64,000 nt of DNA, taken from contig CAWHTE010000003.1 of the NCBI GenBank assembly GCA_963832165.1, positions 256,001 to 320,000 of the forward strand. The letters are read 5' to 3'. Source of the DNA: an uncultured delta proteobacterium (GTDB lineage Bacteria > Myxococcota_A > UBA9160 > SMWR01). Below are positions 43,003-53,445 of this stretch, piece after piece. Position numbers and translations under genes: made by a program. Numbering within the stretch: position 1 is the stretch's first letter; each line of letters begins with the position of its first letter. The notes under the pieces were generated by a model. That model was given only the letters and a program-made list of their open reading frames with translations. It ran no database searches and was not told the origin of the DNA.

Positions 43003-45107
43003 TGTTGACCTACGACGATCGCGAGCGCGCGAGCGTGCTCCAGGATCTCCGCGATGGCGACCCCGAGGTGCGCCGGCTGGCCGTCGAGCGCATCGACGTG
43101 CTCGGCGAAGACGAGGGGGTCGCGCAGCTGATCGAGCGGCTCGGCGACCCCGACTGGCGCGTGCGCAAGTCCGCGGTGCAGCGGATCGCCACGCGCATCG
43201 ACCCGGATCAGACGGCACAGAAGCTGATCGCGGCGCTCGCGGATGGCGAGAACCCGGGCCGCCGCAATTCGGCGGTCGAGGCGCTCGTGGCGATCGGCGG
43301 GGGTGCGGTGGCGCCGCTGATCGACGCCTGCGACGACACAGACTGCGACGTGCGCAAGTTCGTCGTCGATGCGCTGGCCGGAATCGGCAGCGAGGCGGCG
43401 ATCGATGCGCTGTGTGCGCGGCTCGCCGATCCCGACGTGAACGTGCGTGCGGCCGCGGCCGACGCGCTAGGCGCCGTCGGTGGCACGGCCGCGCGCCGCG
43501 CTCTGCGCGGGACCGCGTGCGACACGCTCCAGGACTCGCTCGTGCGCTTCTCCGCGCTCCACGCGCTCGAGGCGCTCGAGGAGCCGATGCTCGCCGAAGA
43601 GCTCTCGAGCGTGCTCGGAGATCCGATGCTGGGCCCGGCGGGCCTCGCACTGCTCGGCCGCAACGAGAGCGACCCGATGGCGCTCGATACCCTCTTGAAG
43701 GGGCTCTCGAGCGGAGTGCGCGCCGCGCGCGAGTCGTCGATGCGCGGTGTGCTGCGCCTCGCAGCGCGGCTCGACGGAGCCGAGCAGAGCGACCTGTACG
43801 CGCAGCTCGAAGAGCTCGCGCGTTCGGCGCCCAACCTCACGGACTCGGCCGTGGCGCGACTGCCCGACGCCGACCTCGGTACCCAGCTCGTGCTCGTGCA
43901 GTTTCTCGGACTCCTGCGCGCGCGCAGCGCGGTGGTGCCGATCCTCGAGGTCGGGCGCGACGAGGCCCTCGCGCAGGTGGTGCTCGAGACGGTGGCCGCG
44001 ATCGGACCTGTCGCCGCGGAAGAGCTCGACTCGGCGTGGGCACGTCTCTCGCAGGAGCGCCGGCGCGCCGCGTGCGAGGTGCTGGGTCGCGTGGGAGGTC
44101 CGCGTGCGGTCGAGCGCCTGATCGCGACACTCGACGATGCCGACCCGATGCTGCGCGCCGCGGCCGCGCGCTCGCTCGGCGCATTGCGCGTCGAGAAGGC
44201 GCTCGTGCCGCTCGTACGCCGATTGGAGCACGCCGCGTCCGAGGAGGATCCCGAGGGCGAGAGCGAGCGCAGCGCGCTCTGCGACGCGATCGTCGCGCTC
44301 GCGGGGCCCGATGCCGAGGGCCGCGCGCCCGCGCTCGCGGCGCGCGCTGTCGAGCTGCTGACGAACGCGCTCTCCGGGTCGAGCGACGAGACGCGCCTGG
44401 TGGCGGCGCGCGCGCTGGGCCGGATCGCGCGTCGCGACGACGCGGACCTCGTGGCGCTCTTGATGAAGGACCCGAGTGCGCGCGTGCGGCGTGCGGCGGT
44501 CGAGGCGATCGCGCGCCTCGAGCCCGAGCGCACGCCGGAGCCGCTGCACCTCGCGATCGCGGACGAGTCGCCCGCGGTGCGGATCGCCGCGGCCCGTGCG
44601 CTCGGTGCATCGCGCAGCGACGGTGTGTTCGACGATCTGCGGCGGCTGGCGGAGGACGGCGATCTGCGCGTACGCGCGATGGCCGTGCAGATGATCGGGC
44701 GCCGGTTCGCAGGCGACCCCGAGCCCGGGATCCGAGCGGCGGCGCTCGCGGTGCTCTCGCGCGCGTGCGAAGACGTGGCGCCCGTCGCGCTCGCGGTGGT
44801 GGAGGCGGTGAAGGAGATCGGCGGAGAGGCGTCCGGCTACGTCGTGCCGCTGCTCGGGCGTTCGGAGCCCGAGGTGGTGCGCGAGGCCGTGCGCTGCTTC
44901 GGCGATCACGCCGAGCCGGGCGAACTCGAGGCGCTCTTGCCGCTCGTGTCGCACCCGGACTGGTCGGTGCGCGCCGAGGTGGTGGAGATCCTTGCCGAGC
45001 GCGGGGTGCGGCAGGCGGTTCCCGCGATCCTGCGGCGGCTCGAGACGGAGCAGGACGACGTCGTGCGCAGCGTCACGTTGGCCGCGCTGCAGCGGCTGGA
45101 GAGCTAG
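42999..45107 (+). CDS. HEAT-repeat (PBS lyase-like) protein
   Basis: Many D-x-D-x-x-VR-x-x-A-x-x-ALG repeats. Confidence 0.9.
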   Translation: MMLTYDDRERASVLQDLRDGDPEVRRLAVERIDVLGEDEGVAQLIERLGDPDWRVRKSAVQRIATRIDPDQTAQKLIAALADGENPGRRNSAVEALVAIGGGAVAPLIDACDDTDCDVRKFVVDALAGIGSEAAIDALCARLADPDVNVRAAAADALGAVGGTAARRALRGTACDTLQDSLVRFSALHALEALEEPMLAEELSSVLGDPMLGPAGLALLGRNESDPMALDTLLKGLSSGVRAARESSMRGVLRLAARLDGAEQSDLYAQLEELARSAPNLTDSAVARLPDADLGTQLVLVQFLGLLRARSAVVPILEVGRDEALAQVVLETVAAIGPVAAEELDSAWARLSQERRRAACEVLGRVGGPRAVERLIATLDDADPMLRAAAARSLGALRVEKALVPLVRRLEHAASEEDPEGESERSALCDAIVALAGPDAEGRAPALAARAVELLTNALSGSSDETRLVAARALGRIARRDDADLVALLMKDPSARVRRAAVEAIARLEPERTPEPLHLAIADESPAVRIAAARALGASRSDGVFDDLRRLAEDGDLRVRAMAVQMIGRRFAGDPEPGIRAAALAVLSRACEDVAPVALAVVEAVKEIGGEASGYVVPLLGRSEPEVVREAVRCFGDHAEPGELEALLPLVSHPDWSVRAEVVEILAERGVRQAVPAILRRLETEQDDVVRSVTLAALQRLES

Positions 45108-45115
45108 GGGGCGAC

Positions 45116-46051
45116 GTGCCGGCGGGTGGCGCAACGGGCGAGCTCGGTATGACGGACCGCGAATTCCGCTGGTTCGCGGAGCTCGTGCGCTCGCATTGCG
45201 GGCTCACGTTCACGCCCGAGACGCGCTTCCTGCTCGAGCGGCGCGTCGCGCGTCGCATGCGCGAGCTGTCGATCACGAGCCTGTCGGCCTATCAGTACGA
45301 GCTGCGCCAAGACTCGAAGCGCGACGGCGAGCTCGCGGAGCTGATCGACGAGCTCACCACCAACGAGACGTATTTCTTCCGCGAGCGCAGCCAGCTGCGG
45401 GCGCTCATGGCGGAGATCCTGCCCGAGGCGCTGGTCGCGCGCCGCGAGCGCGGCTCCGGGCCCGTGTCCGTGTGGTCGGCCGGCTGCTCGAGCGGCGAGG
45501 AGCCCTACAGCCTCGTGATCCTGGCCCGCGAGGCGGGCTTCGATCCCCAGCGAGATCTCCGCGTGTACGCCTCGGACATCTCGCGCCGGATGATGAAGCG
45601 CGCGCGCGCGGGCAACTACCGCGAGGCCTCGTTCCGCGAGACCGAGCCGGCGCTGCGCGAGAAGTACTTCGAGGAGAAGGACGGCACGTGGACCGTGAGC
45701 GATGCGGTCAAGAAATGCGTCGACTTCATCCACCTGAACCTGACCGACCGCTCGCGGATCGCGTTGCTCGGCTCGATGGACGTGATCCTGTGCCGCAACG
45801 TGATGATCTACTTCGACGCGGACACCAAGCGCGAGGTGATCGGCACGTTCGAGAACAAGCTGCGCGCAGGCGGACACCTGCTGCTCGGTCACTCGGAGTC
45901 GCTGATCAACGTGACGAGCGGGCTCGAGCTGCGCCACCTCAAGAGCGACCTCGTGTACCGCAAGCCGGTCACGGGCTTCCCGCGCCGCGATCCGTGGCAC
46001 GTCGCGGCGATGCGCGCGATCGGCGACGCGGAGCGTTCCGATGAGCGGTAG
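45116..46051 (+). CDS. cheR: Chemoreceptor methyltransferase
   Basis: LTTNETYFFRE, WSAGCSSGEEPYSL, ASDIS, DVILCRNVMIYF, LLGHSESL. Confidence 0.96.
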   Translation: MPAGGATGELGMTDREFRWFAELVRSHCGLTFTPETRFLLERRVARRMRELSITSLSAYQYELRQDSKRDGELAELIDELTTNETYFFRERSQLRALMAEILPEALVARRERGSGPVSVWSAGCSSGEEPYSLVILAREAGFDPQRDLRVYASDISRRMMKRARAGNYREASFRETEPALREKYFEEKDGTWTVSDAVKKCVDFIHLNLTDRSRIALLGSMDVILCRNVMIYFDADTKREVIGTFENKLRAGGHLLLGHSESLINVTSGLELRHLKSDLVYRKPVTGFPRRDPWHVAAMRAIGDAERSDER

Positions 46052-47135
46052 ATCGCCGATCCGTACTCTAGTGATCGACGACTCGGCGTTCAGCCGCCAG
46101 GCGATCACGCGCATGCTCCAGACTTCGCCGCTAGTCGAGGTCGTGGGCGTGGCGCGCGACGGCGAGGAGGCGCTGCGCAAGACCTTCGAGCTCGAGCCCG
46201 ACCTGATCACCGTCGATCTCGAGATGCCGAAGATGGACGGCTTCACGTTCCTGCGCATCGTGATGAGCAAGCGGCCGACGCCCGTGATCGTGATCAGCGG
46301 CCGCAGCGGCGAGGACGACGTGTTCAAGGCGCTCGAGCTCGGCGCCGTCGACTTCATCGCGAAGCCGACGCCCCACGCGACCCCGATGCTGTCGTCGATC
46401 TCGCAGGAGCTGATCCGGAAGGTGCACTCGATCCGCGCGCTGCGGATCGACAAGGTGCAGGAGCGGATCCGCTCGATGCCCCCGCTGGTCGCGCGCCACG
46501 AGGTCGGCTCCGCGCCGCGCGCCGTGGTGATCGGCTCGTCGACGGGCGGCCCCGCGGCGCTGATGCAGGTGTTCGGCGCGTTCACGAGCGCGCCGCCGTG
46601 CGCGTTCCTGATCGCGCAGCACATGCCCAAGGGCTTCACGCGCGGCTTCGCCGAGCGCCTCGATCGGCTCACCGCGCTGCGCGCGAGCGAGGCGCGCGGG
46701 GGCGAGCAGCCCGCGCCCGGAACGATCCTGCTCGCGCCGGGCGGCCGCCACCTCGAGGTCGAATCGTCGAGCGGGAATCCCGTGACGCGCGTGGTCGCGA
46801 ACGTGGGCGATCGGTACACGCCTTCCGTCGACCGGCTGTTCGAGTCGGCGGCGAAGGCGTACGGCGCCGACCTCGTGGGGATCGTGCTGACGGGGATGGG
46901 CGACGACGGCCGCCGCGGCGCCCAGGCGATCCGCGCCTCGGGCGGGCGCGTGATCGCGGAGTCCGAGAAGACCGCAGTGATCTTCGGCATGCCGCAGCAG
47001 GTGATCCGCTGCGGCGCTGCCGATCTGGTGTTGCCACTCGACGAGATCGCGCGCGCGATCCAGCGCGGTGTCGGGTCGGTGATCGCCGAAGCGACTGAGG
47101 GCGGCGCGTCCGCCCTTGGAAAGGGGCGCGCATGA
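46041..47135 (+). CDS. cheB: Chemoreceptor methylesterase with receiver domain
   Basis: VIDDS, DLEMPKMDG; GSSTGGP, QHMP, LTGMGDDG. Confidence 0.96.
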   Translation: MSGRSPIRTLVIDDSAFSRQAITRMLQTSPLVEVVGVARDGEEALRKTFELEPDLITVDLEMPKMDGFTFLRIVMSKRPTPVIVISGRSGEDDVFKALELGAVDFIAKPTPHATPMLSSISQELIRKVHSIRALRIDKVQERIRSMPPLVARHEVGSAPRAVVIGSSTGGPAALMQVFGAFTSAPPCAFLIAQHMPKGFTRGFAERLDRLTALRASEARGGEQPAPGTILLAPGGRHLEVESSSGNPVTRVVANVGDRYTPSVDRLFESAAKAYGADLVGIVLTGMGDDGRRGAQAIRASGGRVIAESEKTAVIFGMPQQVIRCGAADLVLPLDEIARAIQRGVGSVIAEATEGGASALGKGRA

Positions 47136-47950
47136 GCGAACAGGATCCGAAAATCAGCTCGCGCGCGGAGGATTTCCTCGCCCTGTTCAGCAAGGGCGCG
47201 GAGTTCACGCGCGAGCTCCTCAAGGAGAACGAGCGGCTGCGTGGTCGGCTCGCGTCGATCACCGACCGCCAGGAGTCGGCTGCACGCCACCCGCACGACT
47301 GGGACAAGCTGCGCCACGAGCTGGTGTCGCGGATCGCGACCCTCGAGGAGGAGTGCACGACGGTTCGGGAGCGGCTCGACCAGGTCGAGCTCGAGAATTC
47401 CCAGTTCGCACAGCGCTACGTCGAAGTCGAGGAAGAGAACAACAACCTCGCCAATCTCTACGTCTCCAGCTACCAGCTCCACTCCACGCTCGATCTCGAC
47501 GAGGTGATTCGGATCATCACCGAAATCGTGATCAACCTGATCGGCGCAGACGTGTTCGCGATCTACATGATCGACGGCGAGCGCTCCGAGCTCACACCCG
47601 TCGCGTCCGAGGGCATGGAGGTCTCGGCGTTCCCGAAGGCGAAGCTCGGCGTGGGCGTGCTCGGAAAGGCCGTCGCGTCGAACTCGGCCACCTGCTGGGA
47701 CGCGCAGCGCTCCGACGATCTCTCCCAGCCGATCGTATGCGTGCCGCTCGTGGTGCAGAACCGGCCGATCGGCGCGATCGCGGTGTACGGGCTGCTCGCA
47801 CAGAAGGACGGCTTCACCGCGCTCGACCACGAGCTGTTCAACATGCTGGGCGGCCACGCCGCCACCGCGATCTTCGCCGCGAAGCTCTATTCGCAGTCGG
47901 AGCGCAAGCTCAACACGATCCAGGGTTTCATCGATCTCTTGACCAAGTAG
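47132..47950 (+). CDS. Coiled-coil + GAF domain protein
   Basis: Coiled-coil N-half; NNNLANLYVSSYQLHSTLD; VCVPLVVQNRPIGAIAVY; DHELFNMLGGHAATAI. Confidence 0.85.
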   Translation: MSEQDPKISSRAEDFLALFSKGAEFTRELLKENERLRGRLASITDRQESAARHPHDWDKLRHELVSRIATLEEECTTVRERLDQVELENSQFAQRYVEVEEENNNLANLYVSSYQLHSTLDLDEVIRIITEIVINLIGADVFAIYMIDGERSELTPVASEGMEVSAFPKAKLGVGVLGKAVASNSATCWDAQRSDDLSQPIVCVPLVVQNRPIGAIAVYGLLAQKDGFTALDHELFNMLGGHAATAIFAAKLYSQSERKLNTIQGFIDLLTK

Positions 47951-47985
47951 GCGCGCGCGCTGCGCCGCCGCACGGGGCAATCACC

Positions 47986-48360
47986 ATGGGCCATCGAATC
48001 CTCATCGTCGAAGACAGCCCGACCATGCGTCAGCTGCTGTCCTTCGCGCTCCGCCGACTCCGCGACGTCGAGATCGTGGAAGCGCAGGACGGCATGGACG
48101 GCTTGCGCAAGGTGTCGAGCGATCACTTCGATCTCGCGCTGATCGACATCAACATGCCCGTGATGGACGGGCTCAAGCTGATCAGCTTGATCCGCGGCGA
48201 CGAGGCGCTCAAGGAGATCCCGATCGTCGTGATCACGACCGAGGGCGCCAACGAGGACCGCGACCGCGCGCTCAAGCTCGGCGCGAACGAATATCTCTGC
48301 AAACCGATCCAGGCGAACCAGGTGCTGTCGGTGGTGAAGGGCCTGCTCAAGGCGGACTGA
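47986..48360 (+). CDS. cheY: Single-domain response regulator (second CheY)
   Basis: ILIVEDSPTMR, LIDINMPVMDG, ITT, YLCKPI. Confidence 0.9.
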   Translation: MGHRILIVEDSPTMRQLLSFALRRLRDVEIVEAQDGMDGLRKVSSDHFDLALIDINMPVMDGLKLISLIRGDEALKEIPIVVITTEGANEDRDRALKLGANEYLCKPIQANQVLSVVKGLLKAD

Positions 48361-48378
48361 CCCGATAAGCTCCGGCGC

Positions 48379-48909
48379 GTGCGGAAGCTCTCGCGCGTCG
48401 CGGCGATCGCCGCGCTGATCCCTTTCGCGGGCATTGCCGCGGGCTGTGGTTACACGCTCGTGGGCGCGCCGGGCGGGCGTGCACTCGGCCGCGTCGCGGT
48501 GCAGACCCCCGCGAACGGCTCGGGCCAGGCCGGGCTCGAGTTCGTGGTGGCCGATGCGCTGCGGCGCGAGGTGATGGTGCGCGCGGGCGCCGAGCTCGTC
48601 GAGGACGAGGGCAGCGCGGACTGGGTCGTGAGCGGCAAGGTGATGCCGCTCCAGGTCGAGCCGGCCAGCCTCTCGCCCGTGGTGCTCACGCTCGAGTATC
48701 AGCTCTTCCTCGCGGTCGATCTGCACGCGCGCGCGCGCGACGGGCGCGAGGTGAAGCTCGACTCCCGCGAGCTGCGCGACTCCGAGCGCTTCCTGTCCAG
48801 CGGCGACCCGGAGGCGCTGCGCAAGAACCGCGGCGAAGCGCTGCGCCGCGTCTCGCGGCTGCTCGCGGCGCGCTTTCTCGACCATCTCGACGAGGAGCAG
48901 GGCGGATGA
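48379..48909 (+). CDS. lptE: LPS assembly lipoprotein LptE
   Basis: Lipobox AAGC followed by GYTL; upstream of holA. Confidence 0.8.
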   Translation: MRKLSRVAAIAALIPFAGIAAGCGYTLVGAPGGRALGRVAVQTPANGSGQAGLEFVVADALRREVMVRAGAELVEDEGSADWVVSGKVMPLQVEPASLSPVVLTLEYQLFLAVDLHARARDGREVKLDSRELRDSERFLSSGDPEALRKNRGEALRRVSRLLAARFLDHLDEEQGG

Positions 48910-49875
48910 GCCTCGCCGGGCTCGAGCGCGAGCTCGCGGAAGGAGCGCCGCGGCGCGCCTATCTGCTCGCAGGTGCGGAAACGCTGCTGCGCGACGATGC
49001 GCTCGCGTTGCTGCGCCGCGCGGTGATCGGCGACGGCGACCCCGCGTTCCTGCTCGATCGCTTCGACGGCAGCGCGACGCCGGGGGAGCTCGCCGATGCG
49101 CTCCACACGCTGCCCGTGATCGCGAAGCGCCGGATGGTCGTGCTCGCCGATCCGGAGCAGCGGCGCGGCTCCGCGCGCGAGCTGCTCGAGGCGGTGGCCG
49201 ACTGGGTCGGCGCCGGAGGCGAGGCCGATACCTCGGTGCTCGTGGTGACGGCGAGCCACCCGGATCGGCGCGCGCGTTGGGTGAAGGCGTTCGGCGACGC
49301 GATCGTGGCATGCGATCCGCCCCAGGCCCGCGCGCGAGATCGCGGAGTTCGTGCGCGCGGAGGCCGCGCGCCAACAAGTGGCGCTCGAGCGCGGCGTGGC
49401 CGAGGCGCTCGCCGAGCGGATCGGGCCGCAGCTGCAGCTCCTGCGCATGGAGATCGCGAAGCTCGCGCTGCTCGCGGGCCCGGGTGAGGCGGTGACCCGC
49501 ACGCACGTGGGCGTCGGCACTGCGCTCACGGCCGAGGAGCCGATCTGGGACCTCACGGATGCGATCGGCGAAGGGCGCAGTGCCGACGCGCTGCGCGTGC
49601 TCGCGCACCTGCTCGCAGCGGGCGAGGCACCTCCGGTGCTGCTCGGGGCGCTCGTCTCGCACTTCCGTCGACTGCTGCGCGTGGCGTCGGGCGCAGAAGT
49701 GGCGGCGCCGCCGTTCGTGCGCAAGAAGCTCGCGTCGCAGGCGAAGCGCTACGGCGCGCTGCGGCTGCGCGCCGCGCTCGGCGCACTGCACGAAACCGAT
49801 CTCGCGCTGAAGGGGGCAGGGGCGCTGCGGCCCGAGCTCGCGCTCGAGCGCGTGGTGATCGCGCTGGCCGCGTAG
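48906..49875 (+). CDS. holA: DNA polymerase III delta subunit (apparent +1 insertion in C-run 49320-49323)
   Basis: AYLLAGAETLL, TLP...RRMVVL; second frame EIAKLAL, IWDLTDAIG, TDLALKG; lies between lptE and rpsT. Confidence 0.88.
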
Positions 49876-49922
49876 CATCCGCGTCCCATTCTGGCGGATT
49901 GCGCCCTTTGGGCGGATCCGCC

Positions 49923-50192
49923 CTACGGGCTACACTTGGCGCTGAGTCGGCGTGCGAGCCGCGATACGCGGCGGCTCGCCTGCTTCTTCGTGAGGACGCC
50001 CTTGCTGGCGGCCTTGCGGATCTCGCCCTCGGCGCTGCGCAGCGCGTCGCGCGCCACATCGCCGTCGGTGCCCGCGAGCGCCGCGCGTGCGTACTTCACC
50101 GCGGTCTTGAGCCGGCTCCGGACCGTGCGGTTGCGCGTGCGCCTCACGATGTTCTGGCGGGCGCGCTTCTTCGCGGACTTGTGCTGGGCCAA
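49923..50192 (-). CDS. rpsT: 30S ribosomal protein S20
   Basis: AQHKSAKKRARQ...RNR...KAASKGVL...ASRRVSRL. Confidence 0.96.
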   Translation of the reverse strand: MAQHKSAKKRARQNIVRRTRNRTVRSRLKTAVKYARAALAGTDGDVARDALRSAEGEIRKAASKGVLTKKQASRRVSRLARRLSAKCSP

Positions 50193-50380
50193 ATCGATCT
50201 ACCCCTGGTCTCGAGCGGGCGGCCGATCGTAGTGGCTCCCCCGGAGGCTGTCGAGCGCAGGTTTGTGCAGCGGGCCGACGGGGAGCGAAGGCTATCAGGC
50301 CTGGGTTCAGCGCCGGGGTCGGACGGTCGATAAGCGTGGTCGTTCGCTGCATTCCAAGGGAGGCTTGCGGGTTGAGGCAG

Positions 50381-52303
50381 ATGCACGGACTTGGGGCCCG
50401 GATCGCCCTCGTCGCGCTCCTCTGGGCGTTCGCGGCTTCGGGCGAGACGCCCGAGTCGACGCCCGCGGCCGCGCCGGACGGCGCCGCGGCGGTCGCGCTG
50501 CCGACCCCGGATCCCGCGATCCAGCCGCTCCCCGGGGCGGAGGCGGTGCCCCTCGCCCCCGAGGAGACCCCGCACCCGGGGGTCTCGGCGATCGAGCAGG
50601 CCTGGCGGGGTCCCGCGGCCGACTTCGATGCGCGCGTCGTGCAGACGCGGCGTGCCGCGCTCGAGCTCGGCGCCTGGAGCCTCGACGCCGCCGCGCGCTC
50701 GCTCTCGGCGAAGGTGACACCCGCCCCGGAGCTCGACCGCGCGATCGCGGCCGTGCGCCTCGCACCCGACCTGCCCGCGGCGCACATGCGGCTCGCGCTC
50801 GCGCTATGGCTCGAGGCGGGCGAGCCGGTCTCGGCGATCCGCGCCGTGGCAGGTGCGCTCTCGGCGATCGGGCGACACCTCGAAGCGTCGCTGTGGTTCA
50901 CGGGCTCGGGTCTGTTCATGCTCGCGGTCGCGCTCGTGGCGGGAGGCCTGCTCGCGGCGGTGCTCGCGGGCAGCGCGCGTCTCGCACACGCCGCGCACGA
51001 CCTCGGCCACGCGCTTCCGCGCGCGACGCCCGCGTTCGGGAGCTGGGCGGCGCTCGCCGCCGTGCTCGCGTTGCCGCTCGCGTTCGGCGAAGGTGTGCTC
51101 GGGCTAGCGCTCGCGCTGCTCGGTGTGGCGGTGATCTACGGCGGCCGCCGGCAACGGTTCGCGATGCTGCTCGCGGCTGCGGGCATCGGCATCGGCGCCT
51201 ATCCCGCGATGCGCTATGCGGGTGCGGCGTTCGCCGCGTTGCCCGGAGACGCCGTCGCCCAGGCGACCTTCGCGGTCGCCCAGGGCATCCCGACGCCGGT
51301 CGAGCTCGAGCGGCTGTCGAGCCTCGCCGATCGCGACCCGCTCGCGGCGCGCGGCCTCGCGATTCACGCGCGCCGTCAGGGAGACCTCCCGCGCGCGGAC
51401 GCGCTCTACGGTCAATTGCTCGCGAACGGGGCCAGCGACGTGTCCGCGCAGAACAACGCCGCGGACGTACAGCTCGCGCTCGGCAACACCGATCGCGCGA
51501 TCGAGCTCTACGAGCTCGCCGCGCGCAGCGAGTCGCCGGTCGTGCTCTACAACCTCTCCCAGGCCTACGGCCGTGCGTTCCGCGTCGAGGATCTGAACCA
51601 GACGCTCGCGCGCGCGCAGCGCGCCAACGGCGAGCTGGTGTCGCGCCTGACGGCGCTGCAGAGCGGCGGTGCGCAGGGCTTCGTGGCCGACGTGCCGCCG
51701 GGGCCGTCGCTGTACTGGTCGCGCGCGCTGCACGCGCACGCGGGCGCCGATCTCGGTCAGGAATTCCGCGATCACTTCGCGCCTGGACGGCTCGGCCGCG
51801 ACGCGCACGCGTTCGTGGCGGCCGTCCTCGGTCTCGTGCTCGTCGGTGGTCTGTTCGGCGCGCGGATCCACCCGTCGCGCGCGTGCCGGCGCTGCGGCGA
51901 GCGCATCTGCAAGCGCTGCGGACCCAGCGGAGCGTCCGAGGATCTCTGCGACGGCTGCTATACGCTGTTCTTCGCGCCCGAGAAGACCGATCGCACCCTG
52001 CGCGCGGCGCGCGTGAGCGAGCTGCGCACGCGCGAGGAGTGGGTCGGCCGCATGCACGCGGCGCTCTCGCTGCTCGTACCCGGTGCCGCGGGACTGCTCG
52101 CCGATCGCCCGATCCGCGGTTGGATCGGCGCGTTCTGCTTCGCGCTCGCATGCGCCGCCGTGCTGTGGCGCGACGGCGTCGTTCCCGATCCGCTCGTCGC
52201 AGGCGCCGCCGCGCCCGCGGTGTTCCTGGCCACGGCGTCACTCGCCGCGATCGTCTACGTGATCGCGGTGGCCACCTCCCTCGCTGCGCGGAGGCAGGAA
52301 TAG
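50381..52303 (+). CDS. Polytopic membrane protein with TPR repeats and a Cys-rich zinc-finger-like segment
   Basis: Signal peptide, several TM, TPR-like helices, CRRC...CKRC...CDGC. Confidence 0.75.
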   Translation: MHGLGARIALVALLWAFAASGETPESTPAAAPDGAAAVALPTPDPAIQPLPGAEAVPLAPEETPHPGVSAIEQAWRGPAADFDARVVQTRRAALELGAWSLDAAARSLSAKVTPAPELDRAIAAVRLAPDLPAAHMRLALALWLEAGEPVSAIRAVAGALSAIGRHLEASLWFTGSGLFMLAVALVAGGLLAAVLAGSARLAHAAHDLGHALPRATPAFGSWAALAAVLALPLAFGEGVLGLALALLGVAVIYGGRRQRFAMLLAAAGIGIGAYPAMRYAGAAFAALPGDAVAQATFAVAQGIPTPVELERLSSLADRDPLAARGLAIHARRQGDLPRADALYGQLLANGASDVSAQNNAADVQLALGNTDRAIELYELAARSESPVVLYNLSQAYGRAFRVEDLNQTLARAQRANGELVSRLTALQSGGAQGFVADVPPGPSLYWSRALHAHAGADLGQEFRDHFAPGRLGRDAHAFVAAVLGLVLVGGLFGARIHPSRACRRCGERICKRCGPSGASEDLCDGCYTLFFAPEKTDRTLRAARVSELRTREEWVGRMHAALSLLVPGAAGLLADRPIRGWIGAFCFALACAAVLWRDGVVPDPLVAGAAAPAVFLATASLAAIVYVIAVATSLAARRQE

Positions 52304-53400
52304 TGTCCGCGGGGCTCTCGGGAAATCTCTCCGACTTCGGCATCGCCGACGTCTTCCAGCTGATCGGCCAGCAGCGCAAGACGGGCGTGCTCGAGCTCCG
52401 CTCCGGTGCCTCGCGCGCTCAACTCTCGTTCGACGGGGGTCTCGTCGTGTCGGCCGGGGTGTTCAAGGGCCGTCCGGGCGAGCTCGACCCGGTCGCCGAC
52501 CGGCTGATCCGCTGCGGATACCTCACGCGCGAACGCGCCGACGAGGCGATCGGGGTGGCGCGCGCGTCGGCCCAGACGCTCGCGCGGACGCTGACCTCGC
52601 GCGGGTGGCTCGACGGCGCAACCGTGCGACACGCACTCGATCTCGTGACGCGCGACGCGATCTTCGACGTCCTGCGCTGGCAGAGCGGCTCGTTCGATTT
52701 CCACGCGCAGGCGGTCGAGCACGATCGCGATCCCGCGGAGCTGCTCGCCGCCGAGCAGATCCTCATGGACGGCCTGCGGATGGTGGACGAGTGGCAGAGC
52801 GTTGCGGAGCTCGTGCCCTCCGAGGACATCGTGTTCACGCGAACGGAGGCCGGGGGCGAACACCGCGTCGGCGATGCCGGGCGCGTGCTCGAGCTGATCG
52901 ACGGCCGGCAGTCGGTGCGCCGCGTGATCGATCTCGCGCGGATCGGCACGTTCGACGGAATGCGCATCCTGTCCGAGCTGCGCCAGTCCGGCGCGATCCG
53001 CGCACTGAGCTCCGAGGACGCGCAGCCGCTGCACCGGCACATGCGGTCCGCTCGGCTCGGGCTGCGCGCGCTGTGGAGCACTGCGGCGGCGTTGGTTCCG
53101 CTCGCGGCGCTCGCCGCAGTGGCGTGGTGGACGGCCTCGGCTGCACCGGCCGCGCCGCCGAGCGACCAGAGGATCGTGCGCGGGACGCTCGCGAGTCTGC
53201 GCGAGGACTACGCCGTGCGCGCGGTTCGCCACGCGCTCGAGGCCTATCGCCTCGATCACGGACGCTGGCCCGAACAGCTCGACGAGCTGTCGAGCGCGGG
53301 CCTCCTGCCGCCGGAGACGTTGGCGACCCTCGGGGGGCGCGCTTACTATTCGATGCATCGTGACCAGGGACCGTTCTTCCTGGCGCCCGAGCGCTTTTGA
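52303..53400 (+). CDS. DUF4388 domain membrane protein
   Basis: GLSGNLSDFGIADVFQLIGQQRKTGVL, LRWQSGSFDF, ILMDGLRMVDEW; TM and short C-terminal domain. Confidence 0.82.
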   Translation: MSAGLSGNLSDFGIADVFQLIGQQRKTGVLELRSGASRAQLSFDGGLVVSAGVFKGRPGELDPVADRLIRCGYLTRERADEAIGVARASAQTLARTLTSRGWLDGATVRHALDLVTRDAIFDVLRWQSGSFDFHAQAVEHDRDPAELLAAEQILMDGLRMVDEWQSVAELVPSEDIVFTRTEAGGEHRVGDAGRVLELIDGRQSVRRVIDLARIGTFDGMRILSELRQSGAIRALSSEDAQPLHRHMRSARLGLRALWSTAAALVPLAALAAVAWWTASAAPAAPPSDQRIVRGTLASLREDYAVRAVRHALEAYRLDHGRWPEQLDELSSAGLLPPETLATLGGRAYYSMHRDQGPFFLAPERF

Positions 53401-53445
53401 TCCGAGGCTCGAGCGGCGACGGAGCGTCCCATCGCGAGGAACCCA

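Noticed and set aside
49910..49923. Perfect palindrome GGGCGGATCCGCCC between holA and rpsT
   Set aside because: Adequately explained as part of a terminator region between convergent genes
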